From the IMG/VR virus record IMGVR_UViG_3300037418_000840: a stretch of DNA of 64,000 bases; one strand, written 5' to 3'. Position 1 is the first letter of the stretch, and each line of letters begins with the position of its first letter. Shown piece by piece: positions 28,576 through 37,518 of the stretch. The translations under genes and the position numbers were made by a program. The stretch is from a virus. Its lineage: Duplodnaviria; Caudoviricetes. The notes under the pieces are model-generated. The model ran no database searches. It saw only the letters and a list, made by a program, of their open reading frames with translations, and was not told where the DNA came from.

Positions 28576-28788
28576 TTACAGGCCGAGTTGTTGTTCGATG
28601 AGCGCTCGTGCGTCGGGTGTCAGCTGCGACAAAGCGACGAGCTTGTCAAGGCCAGCCTTGACATCAGCTACGTAGATCAGCGGTCCGTCATCCTTTTCAA
28701 CTGTAGAATTCTGGATCGGATCACCGTCTACGTCGACTCCGAAATTTCGGAGCTTATGGCGTTTGATCTTCAACGACGTTGTGTTCAC
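28576..28788 (-). CDS. hypothetical protein
   Basis: 70-aa ORF coupled to upstream stop. Confidence 0.6.
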   Translation of the reverse strand: MNTTSLKIKRHKLRNFGVDVDGDPIQNSTVEKDDGPLIYVADVKAGLDKLVALSQLTPDARALIEQQLGL

Positions 28789-29231
28789 TGCTCGGCCTCG
28801 GTGTTGACGTTGATCACGTCACCTTCATCATGGTCGCCTGCTTCACTGTCGGTCGGAAACGGCCAGCCGGCGACCGCCACATTTTCGACCTTGTCACCTT
28901 CGGTGGCGTTCGGGGTCGGTGCGGCCTCGGCCTCGACTTTGGGCGTAGTTGCCGCCGTGACTAGCGTCTGTACTTCGCTCGGCGACAAATAGAGTTCGAT
29001 GCTGAGGCCGCGTACACCCAAGAACTTGCCGAGATCGTGCACCGCTCGCTGCAGGATTGCGAACTGGACTTCCGTGCGATCCGCGTTGCGATCGGGAATC
29101 AATTCGTTCAGTTCGTTGGCTGCGTTTTTGATCTCGGTCATCGACGAGGCGTAATCGATGTCGCCCAGCACTTGCTTTTCGGCCGTGGACAACGGATTGA
29201 CTTCGAACAGACGCTTTGCGCTATGGACCAT
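28785..29231 (-). CDS. hypothetical protein
   Basis: 148-aa ORF downstream of GTAAATG motif at 29296-29305. Confidence 0.75.
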   Translation of the reverse strand: MVHSAKRLFEVNPLSTAEKQVLGDIDYASSMTEIKNAANELNELIPDRNADRTEVQFAILQRAVHDLGKFLGVRGLSIELYLSPSEVQTLVTAATTPKVEAEAAPTPNATEGDKVENVAVAGWPFPTDSEAGDHDEGDVINVNTEAEQ

Positions 29232-29323
29232 AGAATCTCCGTAGGTTGGTCGATTTGTTGTTGAATGCGGTCAAGGGGTGGCCTAGGCCACCCCTCATTT
29301 ACTGCGCGAGAACAGGCGACTGG

Positions 29324-29656
29324 TTAGTCTTCCTCGTCCTCATCTTCTTCGTCGGTGTCCTCGTCTTCGTCACGCGCTGCGGTTTCCGTATGGAGGACTT
29401 CATCCACCGGCTCGTAGCGCATGAGCGCAGGCCACAGCATGTCGCCGCCGGAGCAGTCAGGATCGAACAGCATGTAGCCGGGTCCCGGCTTGTTTTCCTC
29501 GACGATCGATTCAGCTTTGATCGATGCCTCGGATACGATGGACGGTTCGGAACCTGTTGCCCACTCGCCTTCGATGCGAGTCCCGTCGTCTAACACAACG
29601 ACAAGACGGAATTCGTTGTCACCAAATCGCTCACGGTCTTCTTTGATGAACTTCAT
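29324..29656 (-). CDS. acidic hypothetical protein
   Basis: Start trimmed to MKFIKE (GAGGTG RBS). Confidence 0.7.
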   Translation of the reverse strand: MKFIKEDRERFGDNEFRLVVVLDDGTRIEGEWATGSEPSIVSEASIKAESIVEENKPGPGYMLFDPDCSGGDMLWPALMRYEPVDEVLHTETAARDEDEDTDEEDEDEED

Positions 29657-29667
29657 AGACACCTCTC

Positions 29668-29976
29668 TCAATAGGTAGGGAACTTCCAGCGAACCGGCCA
29701 CGTAGGCCGTAGCTGTTTGAATTGCTCAGGGGTCAGGGGCTTGCCAGCGATACCAGTGTCAATCCAACTACGAATCCGCGATTCCATGGACGCACGGTAT
29801 GCGGACTGGTGATGCTTGGCTTTCAATACTTCAAAGACAGTAATCGCTTCGTCTGTCGTACAACTACGCATGACCCTCAGATACTGGTCAAGTGACAAAC
29901 CGAACCGAGCAGCGAACTCGGCTTGGCGCTCTCGCAGAGCGCGTAACGACTGCTCTTCAGTAACGACTGCTGACAT
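29668..29976 (-). CDS. hypothetical protein
   Basis: Start trimmed to MSAVVT. Confidence 0.65.
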   Translation of the reverse strand: MSAVVTEEQSLRALRERQAEFAARFGLSLDQYLRVMRSCTTDEAITVFEVLKAKHHQSAYRASMESRIRSWIDTGIAGKPLTPEQFKQLRPTWPVRWKFPTY

Positions 29977-29996
29977 AGCAAGCCCCCGATGTTGAC

Positions 29997-30989
29997 TCAC
30001 GACAAATGAGATTTCAACTTCACGAACAGGTCATCTACTTGTTTATCTGTGAACCCGAAGTACTTCTTCGCCTTGCGAATGTATCGCGAATAGGCCATTC
30101 CGTCGATCACCGCAGAGTTGTCGTCACGCAAGAATTCAGAGAACCCCTGATCGAAGTGACCGGCGCAGCACAGCAAGAATCGCTGCACGTCTTCACGCAT
30201 ATTCTTGGACAGCTTTACCAACGTCTCTAGGCTATCCCGTGCGTGGGCAAGGTAGCCTTCTGGTGCTTTCACATTCACCAGTTGAGTGTCGTCTGCAACG
30301 CGACGGGACTGATAGTCTCCGTTCTGGTCGACGAACAGACGTTGGCGGCCGGGGCTAGTGTGATAGGTAATCAGTGACTGCCCGGTATTGTGGATAGCAG
30401 ATTTCGCTACGTTCTCCATGTGGAGCAACGACTCGAACCGTGGGTACGTGTGGTGGATGGCCCTCATAGCCGCGTACGTCAGGTCCGACTCAAGCTCAGC
30501 ACGATCTACGCCGAAACTGCGAATCAGGAAGGTCATCTTCTTGCTTATGAACTTCCCGATGTACTGCCCGAGGTTGTCACCATGAACAATACCCTCGATC
30601 AAGCCGTCGTAGTCTTCGAGCGAGAAAGCCTCGAATTTCATCGGCAGATGTTTGAGATTGAGGCGCGACAGAAACTCCTCGTCACGCTTCTTCACGATGA
30701 ACTTACCTCGCACTTCCTTGGTGATACCAAACGCCACCGGATCCGGTTCCGGCCCACGTCCTCGGCGATATTTGTAGAAGGCCCATGCGTAGAGCTTGCA
30801 GTTCTTCAACACATAGCCGTCCGAACGTAGGAATTGGAGAACGCGTTCGCTGACTTCGCGCTCGTCCACTAGACGAATGAACTCCTTTTGGTCAATACGG
30901 TGAAACAAGTAGGCGAACGCCGCACCCCCGACAAACGCCATCTCCGAGTCAGAAAGACCGAACATCTTCTGCAACGATAGTTGTGACAC
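29997..30989 (-). CDS. putative sigma-70-like transcription factor
   Basis: AELESDL...AMRAI...YPRF.......AKSAI.N resembles sigma region 2; 330 aa; helical C-terminus could be region 4. Confidence 0.45.
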   Translation of the reverse strand: MSQLSLQKMFGLSDSEMAFVGGAAFAYLFHRIDQKEFIRLVDEREVSERVLQFLRSDGYVLKNCKLYAWAFYKYRRGRGPEPDPVAFGITKEVRGKFIVKKRDEEFLSRLNLKHLPMKFEAFSLEDYDGLIEGIVHGDNLGQYIGKFISKKMTFLIRSFGVDRAELESDLTYAAMRAIHHTYPRFESLLHMENVAKSAIHNTGQSLITYHTSPGRQRLFVDQNGDYQSRRVADDTQLVNVKAPEGYLAHARDSLETLVKLSKNMREDVQRFLLCCAGHFDQGFSEFLRDDNSAVIDGMAYSRYIRKAKKYFGFTDKQVDDLFVKLKSHLS

Positions 30990-31034
30990 GGTTCATCCCT
31001 TCTTAGCTTCGTTGTGTCCCTGGCTGGTCGCCGT

Positions 31035-31709
31035 TCACATGTTGAACGACAGGCCATCCGCCTTCTTGCGCTTGGCTTTGCGCTCTTCCTTCGAGTACCA
31101 CGCCGACGGTACACTGTCGATCGTAGGCGGCTCGTAGTCGTCGATGACCGAAGCACGTTTGATCACGCGATTCGACGGATCGAAGACTTTGTTTTCTTGG
31201 CGAAGGCGCTGACGCTTGGTCTTCCACTGCGAAGGCGTCAGCAGGTCCTCGCTTTCTGGAGCGAGGAACGAAACGAACGAAGATCCCCGGGTCTTCGTGT
31301 CAGGAGAACCAGACAACATCAGTTCACCACTGGATGTATAGCCCAAGACATAGGCCGCCAGATAGTTGCTGACATAGTCTTTTCCTACTTTGAAGTACAG
31401 CTTGTCCCCGAATTCGAATTTCCTCTTCTTGGACGAACTGAGCAACGCTCGGAAAATACGTCGCTCTGCGGGCGTGTACGACTTGTAGATCGCCGCGACC
31501 TGAACGAGAAGATCGCTATTCTTTACGATCTTCGTTACGTCAGGAGTGAAACACTTAGGAGCCAAGCCGGTCGCCGTGACGCCCTCTTCACGGCAAGGCC
31601 GCTGCCTTGTCGCATGCGCATGATGCTTGAAGTGAAGGCACTCTCCGCACTTGTATGCGTCCTTCAACGATTTCGCGCTTGCGTTTCCGAGAACTTCTTT
31701 CTTGAGCAT
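31035..31709 (-). CDS. hypothetical protein with Cys/His cluster
   Basis: KCGECLHF......PC......CF; first gene after promoter at 31820. Confidence 0.75.
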   Translation of the reverse strand: MLKKEVLGNASAKSLKDAYKCGECLHFKHHAHATRQRPCREEGVTATGLAPKCFTPDVTKIVKNSDLLVQVAAIYKSYTPAERRIFRALLSSSKKRKFEFGDKLYFKVGKDYVSNYLAAYVLGYTSSGELMLSGSPDTKTRGSSFVSFLAPESEDLLTPSQWKTKRQRLRQENKVFDPSNRVIKRASVIDDYEPPTIDSVPSAWYSKEERKAKRKKADGLSFNM

Positions 31710-31819
31710 TTTTGTCTGTGAATCTAGATATGGTCCTCTACATCTGATCCTGAAGGGTGGTCTCCTGGGACAGGATCAGGTCCAGTGTGCGTTCCTACCG
31801 GTATAGGGTACGCACCCCT

Positions 31820-31848
31820 ATTGTACCATGCGCCGGACCGCATGGCAA
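31820..31848 (-). promoter_or_regulatory. sigma70-like promoter without palindrome
   Basis: TTGCCA-N17-TACAAT preceded by TGG. Confidence 0.65.
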
Positions 31849-31854
31849 CTGGAC

Positions 31855-32229
31855 TTAGGGCGTTCGGAACCTGCCCCCATTTCCTGCGGGGCTGTTGCCG
31901 GGGACGCGGCCGGTCAAGTCAAGACCGCTAATGCTCGACGTGTAATCACGTTCGAGTCGCTCGGGTACCTCTCGGGGAGTGAGGATATGCGACAGATGGA
32001 TACTAACTTCCGGAAGCTTGGGGAGCTTGTTCGCCATCGACAAGAAGGGCACCAGGGCGATGACGGGTCCTGCGGATGGATTTTCGGGGTGCATCATCAG
32101 GACAAGCTCGACGGGATCGAGGAGAGTAATCGATGCCCCGTCTTTTTCTTTTACACGCCCGACGACGTTCTGTCCACTGATAAGATGGAACATAGCGACT
32201 GAACCGGGGGTGACCTGCGTGATGTCCAT
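31855..32229 (-). CDS. small beta-barrel (Sm/SH3-like) phage protein
   Basis: LISGQNVVG....ITLLDPV...LVPF....I..SHI....Y..ISG.DL pattern like conserved large-myophage proteins. Confidence 0.65.
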   Translation of the reverse strand: MDITQVTPGSVAMFHLISGQNVVGRVKEKDGASITLLDPVELVLMMHPENPSAGPVIALVPFLSMANKLPKLPEVSIHLSHILTPREVPERLERDYTSSISGLDLTGRVPGNSPAGNGGRFRTP

Positions 32230-32264
32230 TTGAATGGTCCTATTGGGGAGAAGGTTGACGAATG

Positions 32265-32735
32265 CTACTCAGTGAAGTGCTTTGCATAGAGGGCGCGAAG
32301 CGCAAGGTCCACAATGGACTCCCGACTCTTCAGTGTCGGGTACACACGTTTGAGTCTGTCGAACATCAACTGCTGGTCGTTCGACAGGCCCATGATCAGC
32401 ATGATCTTTCGATTGGGATCATTCTTGACCAATTCAAAAGCGTTGTACGCTTGGATGGCGAGCCACATAACACGCTGCGTCGTCTCCGGCGTTTCGCCGA
32501 TCAGCAGATCGTGGTAGGGTCGCTTCCGTTTTGACGAGAGGCGAAGCGCAATCTTGTGCAGGATTGCATGATGACGATCGCATATAGTGACCGTCGGTCC
32601 ATCTGCGCCACCGGCTTTCCGGGGTATGATGTGATGGACTTCTTTGTTGGCAGGTCCTGGGGGGTTTGAATCCGTGAATCGGTCGTGGCATACCCAACAG
32701 TGAGGGAGCACGATTGACTTGATCACGGTTTCCAC
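32265..32735 (-). CDS. HNH endonuclease-domain protein
   Basis: CWVC...EVHHIIPRKAGG.....TICDRHH..LH. Confidence 0.8.
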   Translation of the reverse strand: METVIKSIVLPHCWVCHDRFTDSNPPGPANKEVHHIIPRKAGGADGPTVTICDRHHAILHKIALRLSSKRKRPYHDLLIGETPETTQRVMWLAIQAYNAFELVKNDPNRKIMLIMGLSNDQQLMFDRLKRVYPTLKSRESIVDLALRALYAKHFTE

Positions 32736-32893
32736 GATGAGCTCCTGGACAAGCGATTGAATTCTGGGAGTGCTGTGTGCGTCAGCAGAAGATCGACGCG
32801 AAGAACTACAGGACAGCCCTTTCGTTAGGCTATGACATCAGTATTACTACAGTGGGTGGAAATCGGTGACCCGGAGGCCACCGGCGCTACCAT

Positions 32894-33463
32894 TTATTTA
32901 CGCACGTTCCGCGGGTCCATCCAATGGACCAAACCGGGTTCAGCCTTGGATCGACTGCCAGACTTGTCGGCAACCATCGTCGCGTAGTAGTCGGCTTGCG
33001 GGATTGCGTGGAACTCTTGTTGCACGATGAACTCACCTTCGAAGAGAAGAGGGTGATCTTCGGTAGTCGCCAACGTGTTGGACACGCTGTTGACGAAGGC
33101 GCGCAGCGATGGATATCGCGGAGGCATGTGTGTCTTGACGATCATGTGCGGGAAGTAGTGATCGCCATAGAACGCGGATGGGGCACCACGCATCCGCACG
33201 TCATGCGCGCGCTCGACTAACGGTTGACAGTCGAGTGGCAGTATGAGCGCACTCGATTGCGAAGCAGTGTCGAAGTACTCTTTCATCGTTCCTGCATGAG
33301 CACGATATAGCCGTGCTGGCTCGGGCTCCATCTCGTACTGCGACGAGTTGATCTCGACGTAGCACTTGGTGAGATCGAGATCGAACGGGCATCCACCGAA
33401 GACTCGTGACAGATAGGCCAGCGTGTCAGTCGACGGCAGGACCAGTAGTTGATTGATCAGCAT
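32894..33463 (-). CDS. hypothetical protein
   Basis: Start trimmed to MLINQL (GAGG RBS). Confidence 0.7.
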   Translation of the reverse strand: MLINQLLVLPSTDTLAYLSRVFGGCPFDLDLTKCYVEINSSQYEMEPEPARLYRAHAGTMKEYFDTASQSSALILPLDCQPLVERAHDVRMRGAPSAFYGDHYFPHMIVKTHMPPRYPSLRAFVNSVSNTLATTEDHPLLFEGEFIVQQEFHAIPQADYYATMVADKSGSRSKAEPGLVHWMDPRNVRK

Positions 33464-33683
33464 CTTGAACCTCAGCCCACGTTTTGTGTATGAAACCGCT
33501 ATATCCGACCCACTTGAATAGTTCACGGTGATCGTGTTGGTCGTACGAGAATCCACGAAGGACGCTGATTGCCTGCTTACGGGTCAAGCCGTGCTGACCG
33601 GCCCACAAATCTACTTGAGTGAGCCACGTCTGGCGACGTTGTTCTTCGTAGTCCTCTGGAGACATAACTTTCGTTTCAGCCAT
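33426..33683 (-). CDS. hypothetical protein
   Basis: Start trimmed to MAETKV, coupled to upstream stop. Confidence 0.55.
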   Translation of the reverse strand: MAETKVMSPEDYEEQRRQTWLTQVDLWAGQHGLTRKQAISVLRGFSYDQHDHRELFKWVGYSGFIHKTWAEVQDADQSTTGPAVD

Positions 33684-33685
33684 GA

Positions 33686-34699
33686 TCAGAAGGCGAAGCC
33701 CCATTGCTTAACGTTGATAGCCCGACCGGGGAACGCGTTCTTGAGCAGCGAGGCCTCACGCTCAGGCATGAGCCAGAACCAGGCCCCACCGCCACCGCCA
33801 TAAGGCCGATCGACCACGAACGTGAGCTTGATCTTCTGCTGACGCTCGATCAACTTCTTGACGCGATCGGCAGCTTCCAGCCATTTCTCACGCGGGATTT
33901 CTTTTCCCTGCTCGCGCTGTCCCTTGTTGAGCTTGATCAACTCTTTCGGGTTGATGCCCAACACCAGCTGATTGTGGATCACCGCATAGCCGCCGACGCT
34001 ATCGGCCTTGAATCCGGATTGCGAGAGGGCTTCCGTATTGAGGAACCCCTTGCTCGGGATCACAACGATAGGCACACGTGCGATGGCGAACGCCTTGTCC
34101 TTGATGACGGGCAGTGCCTTACCTTCTTTCTTCGTCTGCTCCAGGATTTGCTCGATCTCATCACCGTTCTGGAACAAGGGATCGCTCGATCCACCTTCGA
34201 CTTCTTGCTTGTGCGCTTGAAGCTTGACTCGTGTCGAGTCGATCGCCGATTGGACTTCGGTCACCGCGTTCGTACACGAAAGAATGGCCAGACTTTTCTT
34301 GGTCACGGCTGCGCCAACGAACACGCCTTCACGCAACGACGTGAGCTCGTTGAGCGCGGCACGCAGTGCCTTCGACACTCCGATAGGAGGTCGGTCTTCG
34401 ATGATGGCCTTGATCTTCTTGCGTGCGGCAGTCAGCCGCTTGAGGCGCGTCTGCTCGTCCAGCGAATACAGGTCGGACAGACGGACCACAATCTTGTTGA
34501 GATTGGCCTTCAGTTCCTTGAGGGCCGCGATGCGCGCCTCCATCTTCATCTGGACAGTCGCGTCGTCGGGTCCTTTCTTGGACCCCATCTGCAGAATTGG
34601 AATCAGCTTGGTGAGCTGAGATTGATTCTTCGCGGTCAATCCGCGACGAGCTTGCATACGGTCGAAGTTCGAGTCCACGACCCGCATAGCGTTCTTCAT
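33686..34699 (-). CDS. basic coiled-coil hypothetical protein
   Basis: 337-aa ORF, GGAG RBS. Confidence 0.8.
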   Translation of the reverse strand: MKNAMRVVDSNFDRMQARRGLTAKNQSQLTKLIPILQMGSKKGPDDATVQMKMEARIAALKELKANLNKIVVRLSDLYSLDEQTRLKRLTAARKKIKAIIEDRPPIGVSKALRAALNELTSLREGVFVGAAVTKKSLAILSCTNAVTEVQSAIDSTRVKLQAHKQEVEGGSSDPLFQNGDEIEQILEQTKKEGKALPVIKDKAFAIARVPIVVIPSKGFLNTEALSQSGFKADSVGGYAVIHNQLVLGINPKELIKLNKGQREQGKEIPREKWLEAADRVKKLIERQQKIKLTFVVDRPYGGGGGAWFWLMPEREASLLKNAFPGRAINVKQWGFAF

Positions 34700-34762
34700 T
34701 CGGTTCTCCGTTTGTGTGACTTGTTGGAATCAAATTCACACGGACGTGGCCGGAAAAGCACA

Positions 34763-34794
34763 GAAGGGAATCCACCTTCTGATGGATTCCCTTC
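34763..34794 (-). terminator. terminator-like hairpin
   Basis: 12-bp stem GAAGGGAATCCA/TGGATTCCCTTC followed by TGTGCTTTT. Confidence 0.6.
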
Positions 34795-34821
34795 ATGATC
34801 AACTACATTGTGCGCCGATGC

Positions 34822-35253
34822 TTACAGGAGGAAGTCGTTCTTCTTCGACTTCTTCGCAGCCGGACCGGCCTTCTCGCCCTTCACCTTCTTGACGACCTTC
34901 GTCGGCTTGGCCGCTGCCTTGCCCGCTTTTGCCTTGACACCGGCCTTCGCCTTGGGACCAGCCTTCTTGGCGGCGACCTTCTTCGTGCGACGAGCGGCCG
35001 GAGCGGCGTCTTCGTCTTCGTCTTCGGCGGCCTTCGCGCGAGCCGGACGAGCCTTGCCGTTGACCTTCGCGTTCTTCGCTGCGCCACGAGCCGGACCCGC
35101 CTTCTTCGCACCGGCACCAGCCTTTCCGCCTTCGAGGCGAGCCTTCAGGCGTTCGTTCTGCGTCGTGAGTTGCTTGACTTGACGCGTGAGTTTGCCGATC
35201 ACTTGAGCGACTTGACGAGCTTGTGCGACGTGGTTGACTTGTTGCGTTGCCAT
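34822..35253 (-). CDS. histone H1/HU-like Lys/Ala-rich protein with N-terminal coiled coil
   Basis: Start trimmed to MATQQV; AKK/PAK repeats; GTAAATA at 35349-35358. Confidence 0.75.
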   Translation of the reverse strand: MATQQVNHVAQARQVAQVIGKLTRQVKQLTTQNERLKARLEGGKAGAGAKKAGPARGAAKNAKVNGKARPARAKAAEDEDEDAAPAARRTKKVAAKKAGPKAKAGVKAKAGKAAAKPTKVVKKVKGEKAGPAAKKSKKNDFLL

Positions 35254-35487
35254 GATGATTCCTTGTGAAAGAAGGGTTTTAGACTTTGGATGAGTGCGTG
35301 TGATTCGATCTTTTCTGGTTGGAATCTCACCACAACATGCACGCACCATATTTACACTAACGAGTGGAACTTCAAATTGGCGATTGGGGAACTGCGTCGC
35401 CAACTTTCAGCACTGCTGCGAGAGCGCGCTCCCTGTTCCCCGGTTACGTTGCTGCATACTACAATTGGGGAACGCGCTCAGACCGCT

Positions 35488-37332
35488 TTACTGCTTTGCG
35501 CTGACCGGCAATCCCGGATATGGAACTACACGATCAGATTTCTTGAAGCGCTGGATTGACGACGCAGCGATCTTCGTTGCGGGAGTTGCCAGCATGGCGA
35601 ACGGTTCGTCAGCCGAGCCGTTGATCACCACCGGAATCCCATTCGACTTCGACACCTTGACGAACGTTCGATCTTTGGCTATGAATCCAGCAAAGATGTT
35701 GATGTCCTCGAACGGAATCTTCCGCGTCTTCTTGGCGGCTGCTCGTCCGGCTTTGCGACCTTCGCGTTCCTGCTCGTCTGCAGATTGGACCAGCGTCAAC
35801 TCATCCTGATGAACTTCATGCGGTTGAGCTTCGACAGGAGTGCCAACGAATTGGACACCATACACACCATCGGTTTTCGTCTGCGTCACGATGACACCAC
35901 GACCATGAGTCGGATGCTCGACTTGATCACCCTTCTTGAACTTCGGACGCGGTGCCGCCTTGACAAGCTTCAGTTCATCTTGATGAATCTCATCACCTTC
36001 GTACTGACTAGCGTCGTCACCCTCAGCAAGATCGAAGTTGACTTCGAATACGCCCTCGGTCTTGGTTGGGCCGCATACCAAACCTTGACCATGTGCAGGA
36101 TGCATGACCAGATCATTGGTCGCAAATTTCGGTTCGGTTCCCTTCTTCAACTTCGCTTTCCGCGCAGCGATCAGCTTGAGGTTGCTCACATGCTTTGCCT
36201 GCGGCAATTCACCGGCGTCATCGAATCGAACATCCACATATGTATTGCCTTCGGCTCCAGAGTGCCCGACGATGGTGCCCTTCCTACGTTCGCCGTTGAG
36301 TTCTTGGACTTCGGCACCAATCTTGTACTTCTTCGCAATCTTGGCGTAGCTCTTGTGTTGCTCGGCCGCGGTCCCGATCTTCGATTCGTTCGGCGACGAC
36401 CACAAGACCAGGTCGCGAATCTTGATCGTTTCGTGGCCCTTGCCTTCGATCGCAACGTCTACCTCGTCATCACGAATGTCGCCGACCCAACCGATGAGCT
36501 TGCTGGGCTTGGACGCACGAGCAACCCAGACCAGGGTCTCCTCTTTGGCATTACGAGCGGTGGTCCACGCGTGTCTGATGTGATCGGCCGCGCTCGGCTT
36601 GCGATACAGCATCAGTTCGTGCAAAGGATAGGTGGCAGTCACCTCCTCGTCTCCTACGTACGCGACTTTGACGCCGCCCGTGTTTGGGATTTCCATCACA
36701 CGACCACGCAGAGGGATGATCGGAACGCCGACGTCGGCCACGCGATCGCCGACGCGGATGGCACGCGCGGGCTTATGCTTCTTGACCAGGACCAACCGCG
36801 ATTCCTCGTAGACGTTGAAGAACGGATCACGGCCCACACGATACATCTGAGTACCGAGGGGTCCGGACACGCCGTCGCCGACGAATGTATAGACGACAGG
36901 TGCCGGCGCATATCTCTTCTGCCCCTTCTCCGCCTTCAGTGTGTTCAGTGTGACGAGATCACCAACTGCGAACTTCGGCTTCGCCACTGAAACCTTCTTC
37001 CATCCGTCGATGGACACCATGTTGCTCTTCTGGCCATTGGTGAATTCGATGTTCATCGTGCCATCACTGTTCCACGACTTGACTGTTGCTTGAGGCACGT
37101 CACCAAAACCGAGTCCCTGATGGTGGATGAGAGCACCGACTGCGAATTTATGCTTCGCATCTTTCCCGCGAAGCGCTTCCTTCGTAGTGTTGAACCCTTG
37201 AGAGGAGGTTCCAACTACACGCTTGTCCAACTTCTTCGCGGAAGACTTGGAGGACTTCTTTGCCGAAGCCGTGTTCTTGACGTTCTTGGTGGTCTTGACC
37301 GACTTGCGTGCGTTCTTAGCTGCGTTTGCCAT
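35488..37332 (-). CDS. tandem SH3/KOW/Tudor-like repeat protein
   Basis: Repeats starting KFAVGA, KFAVGD, IRVGDRV, KYKIGAEV, KFATNDLV.HP.HG.G, KFKKGDQV.HP.HG.G, RFKKSDRV; start trimmed to MANAAK. Confidence 0.8.
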   Translation of the reverse strand: MANAAKNARKSVKTTKNVKNTASAKKSSKSSAKKLDKRVVGTSSQGFNTTKEALRGKDAKHKFAVGALIHHQGLGFGDVPQATVKSWNSDGTMNIEFTNGQKSNMVSIDGWKKVSVAKPKFAVGDLVTLNTLKAEKGQKRYAPAPVVYTFVGDGVSGPLGTQMYRVGRDPFFNVYEESRLVLVKKHKPARAIRVGDRVADVGVPIIPLRGRVMEIPNTGGVKVAYVGDEEVTATYPLHELMLYRKPSAADHIRHAWTTARNAKEETLVWVARASKPSKLIGWVGDIRDDEVDVAIEGKGHETIKIRDLVLWSSPNESKIGTAAEQHKSYAKIAKKYKIGAEVQELNGERRKGTIVGHSGAEGNTYVDVRFDDAGELPQAKHVSNLKLIAARKAKLKKGTEPKFATNDLVMHPAHGQGLVCGPTKTEGVFEVNFDLAEGDDASQYEGDEIHQDELKLVKAAPRPKFKKGDQVEHPTHGRGVIVTQTKTDGVYGVQFVGTPVEAQPHEVHQDELTLVQSADEQEREGRKAGRAAAKKTRKIPFEDINIFAGFIAKDRTFVKVSKSNGIPVVINGSADEPFAMLATPATKIAASSIQRFKKSDRVVPYPGLPVSAKQ

Positions 37333-37418
37333 TCTGGTTTCCTCAATGGAAAAATGCCGGACGTTAAGAGGGGAGCCCGGCAAGCCCCTGTGGACAACCG
37401 CGCGAGCGCGGTTTAGCC

Positions 37419-37480
37419 ATTATACCACGCGGGCGCGCACCCTACAACCCGAGATTGCCGAGTGTTGTGTTTTTACAACA
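37419..37480 (-). promoter_or_regulatory. sigma70-like promoter with TGTTG-N8-CAACA palindrome
   Basis: TTGTAG-N17-TATAAT (37419-37447), palindrome 37463-37480. Confidence 0.7.
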
Positions 37481-37518
37481 CCCGGTTAGGTCACGAAATG
37501 GGGCGCACACGGACGCGT

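Noticed and set aside
33704-36990. Long plus-strand ORFs (33704-34798, 364 aa; 35785-36990, 401 aa)
   Set aside because: They are antisense shadows of well-supported minus-strand genes. GC-rich codon bias removes stops on the opposite strand, and they have no RBS or motifs.
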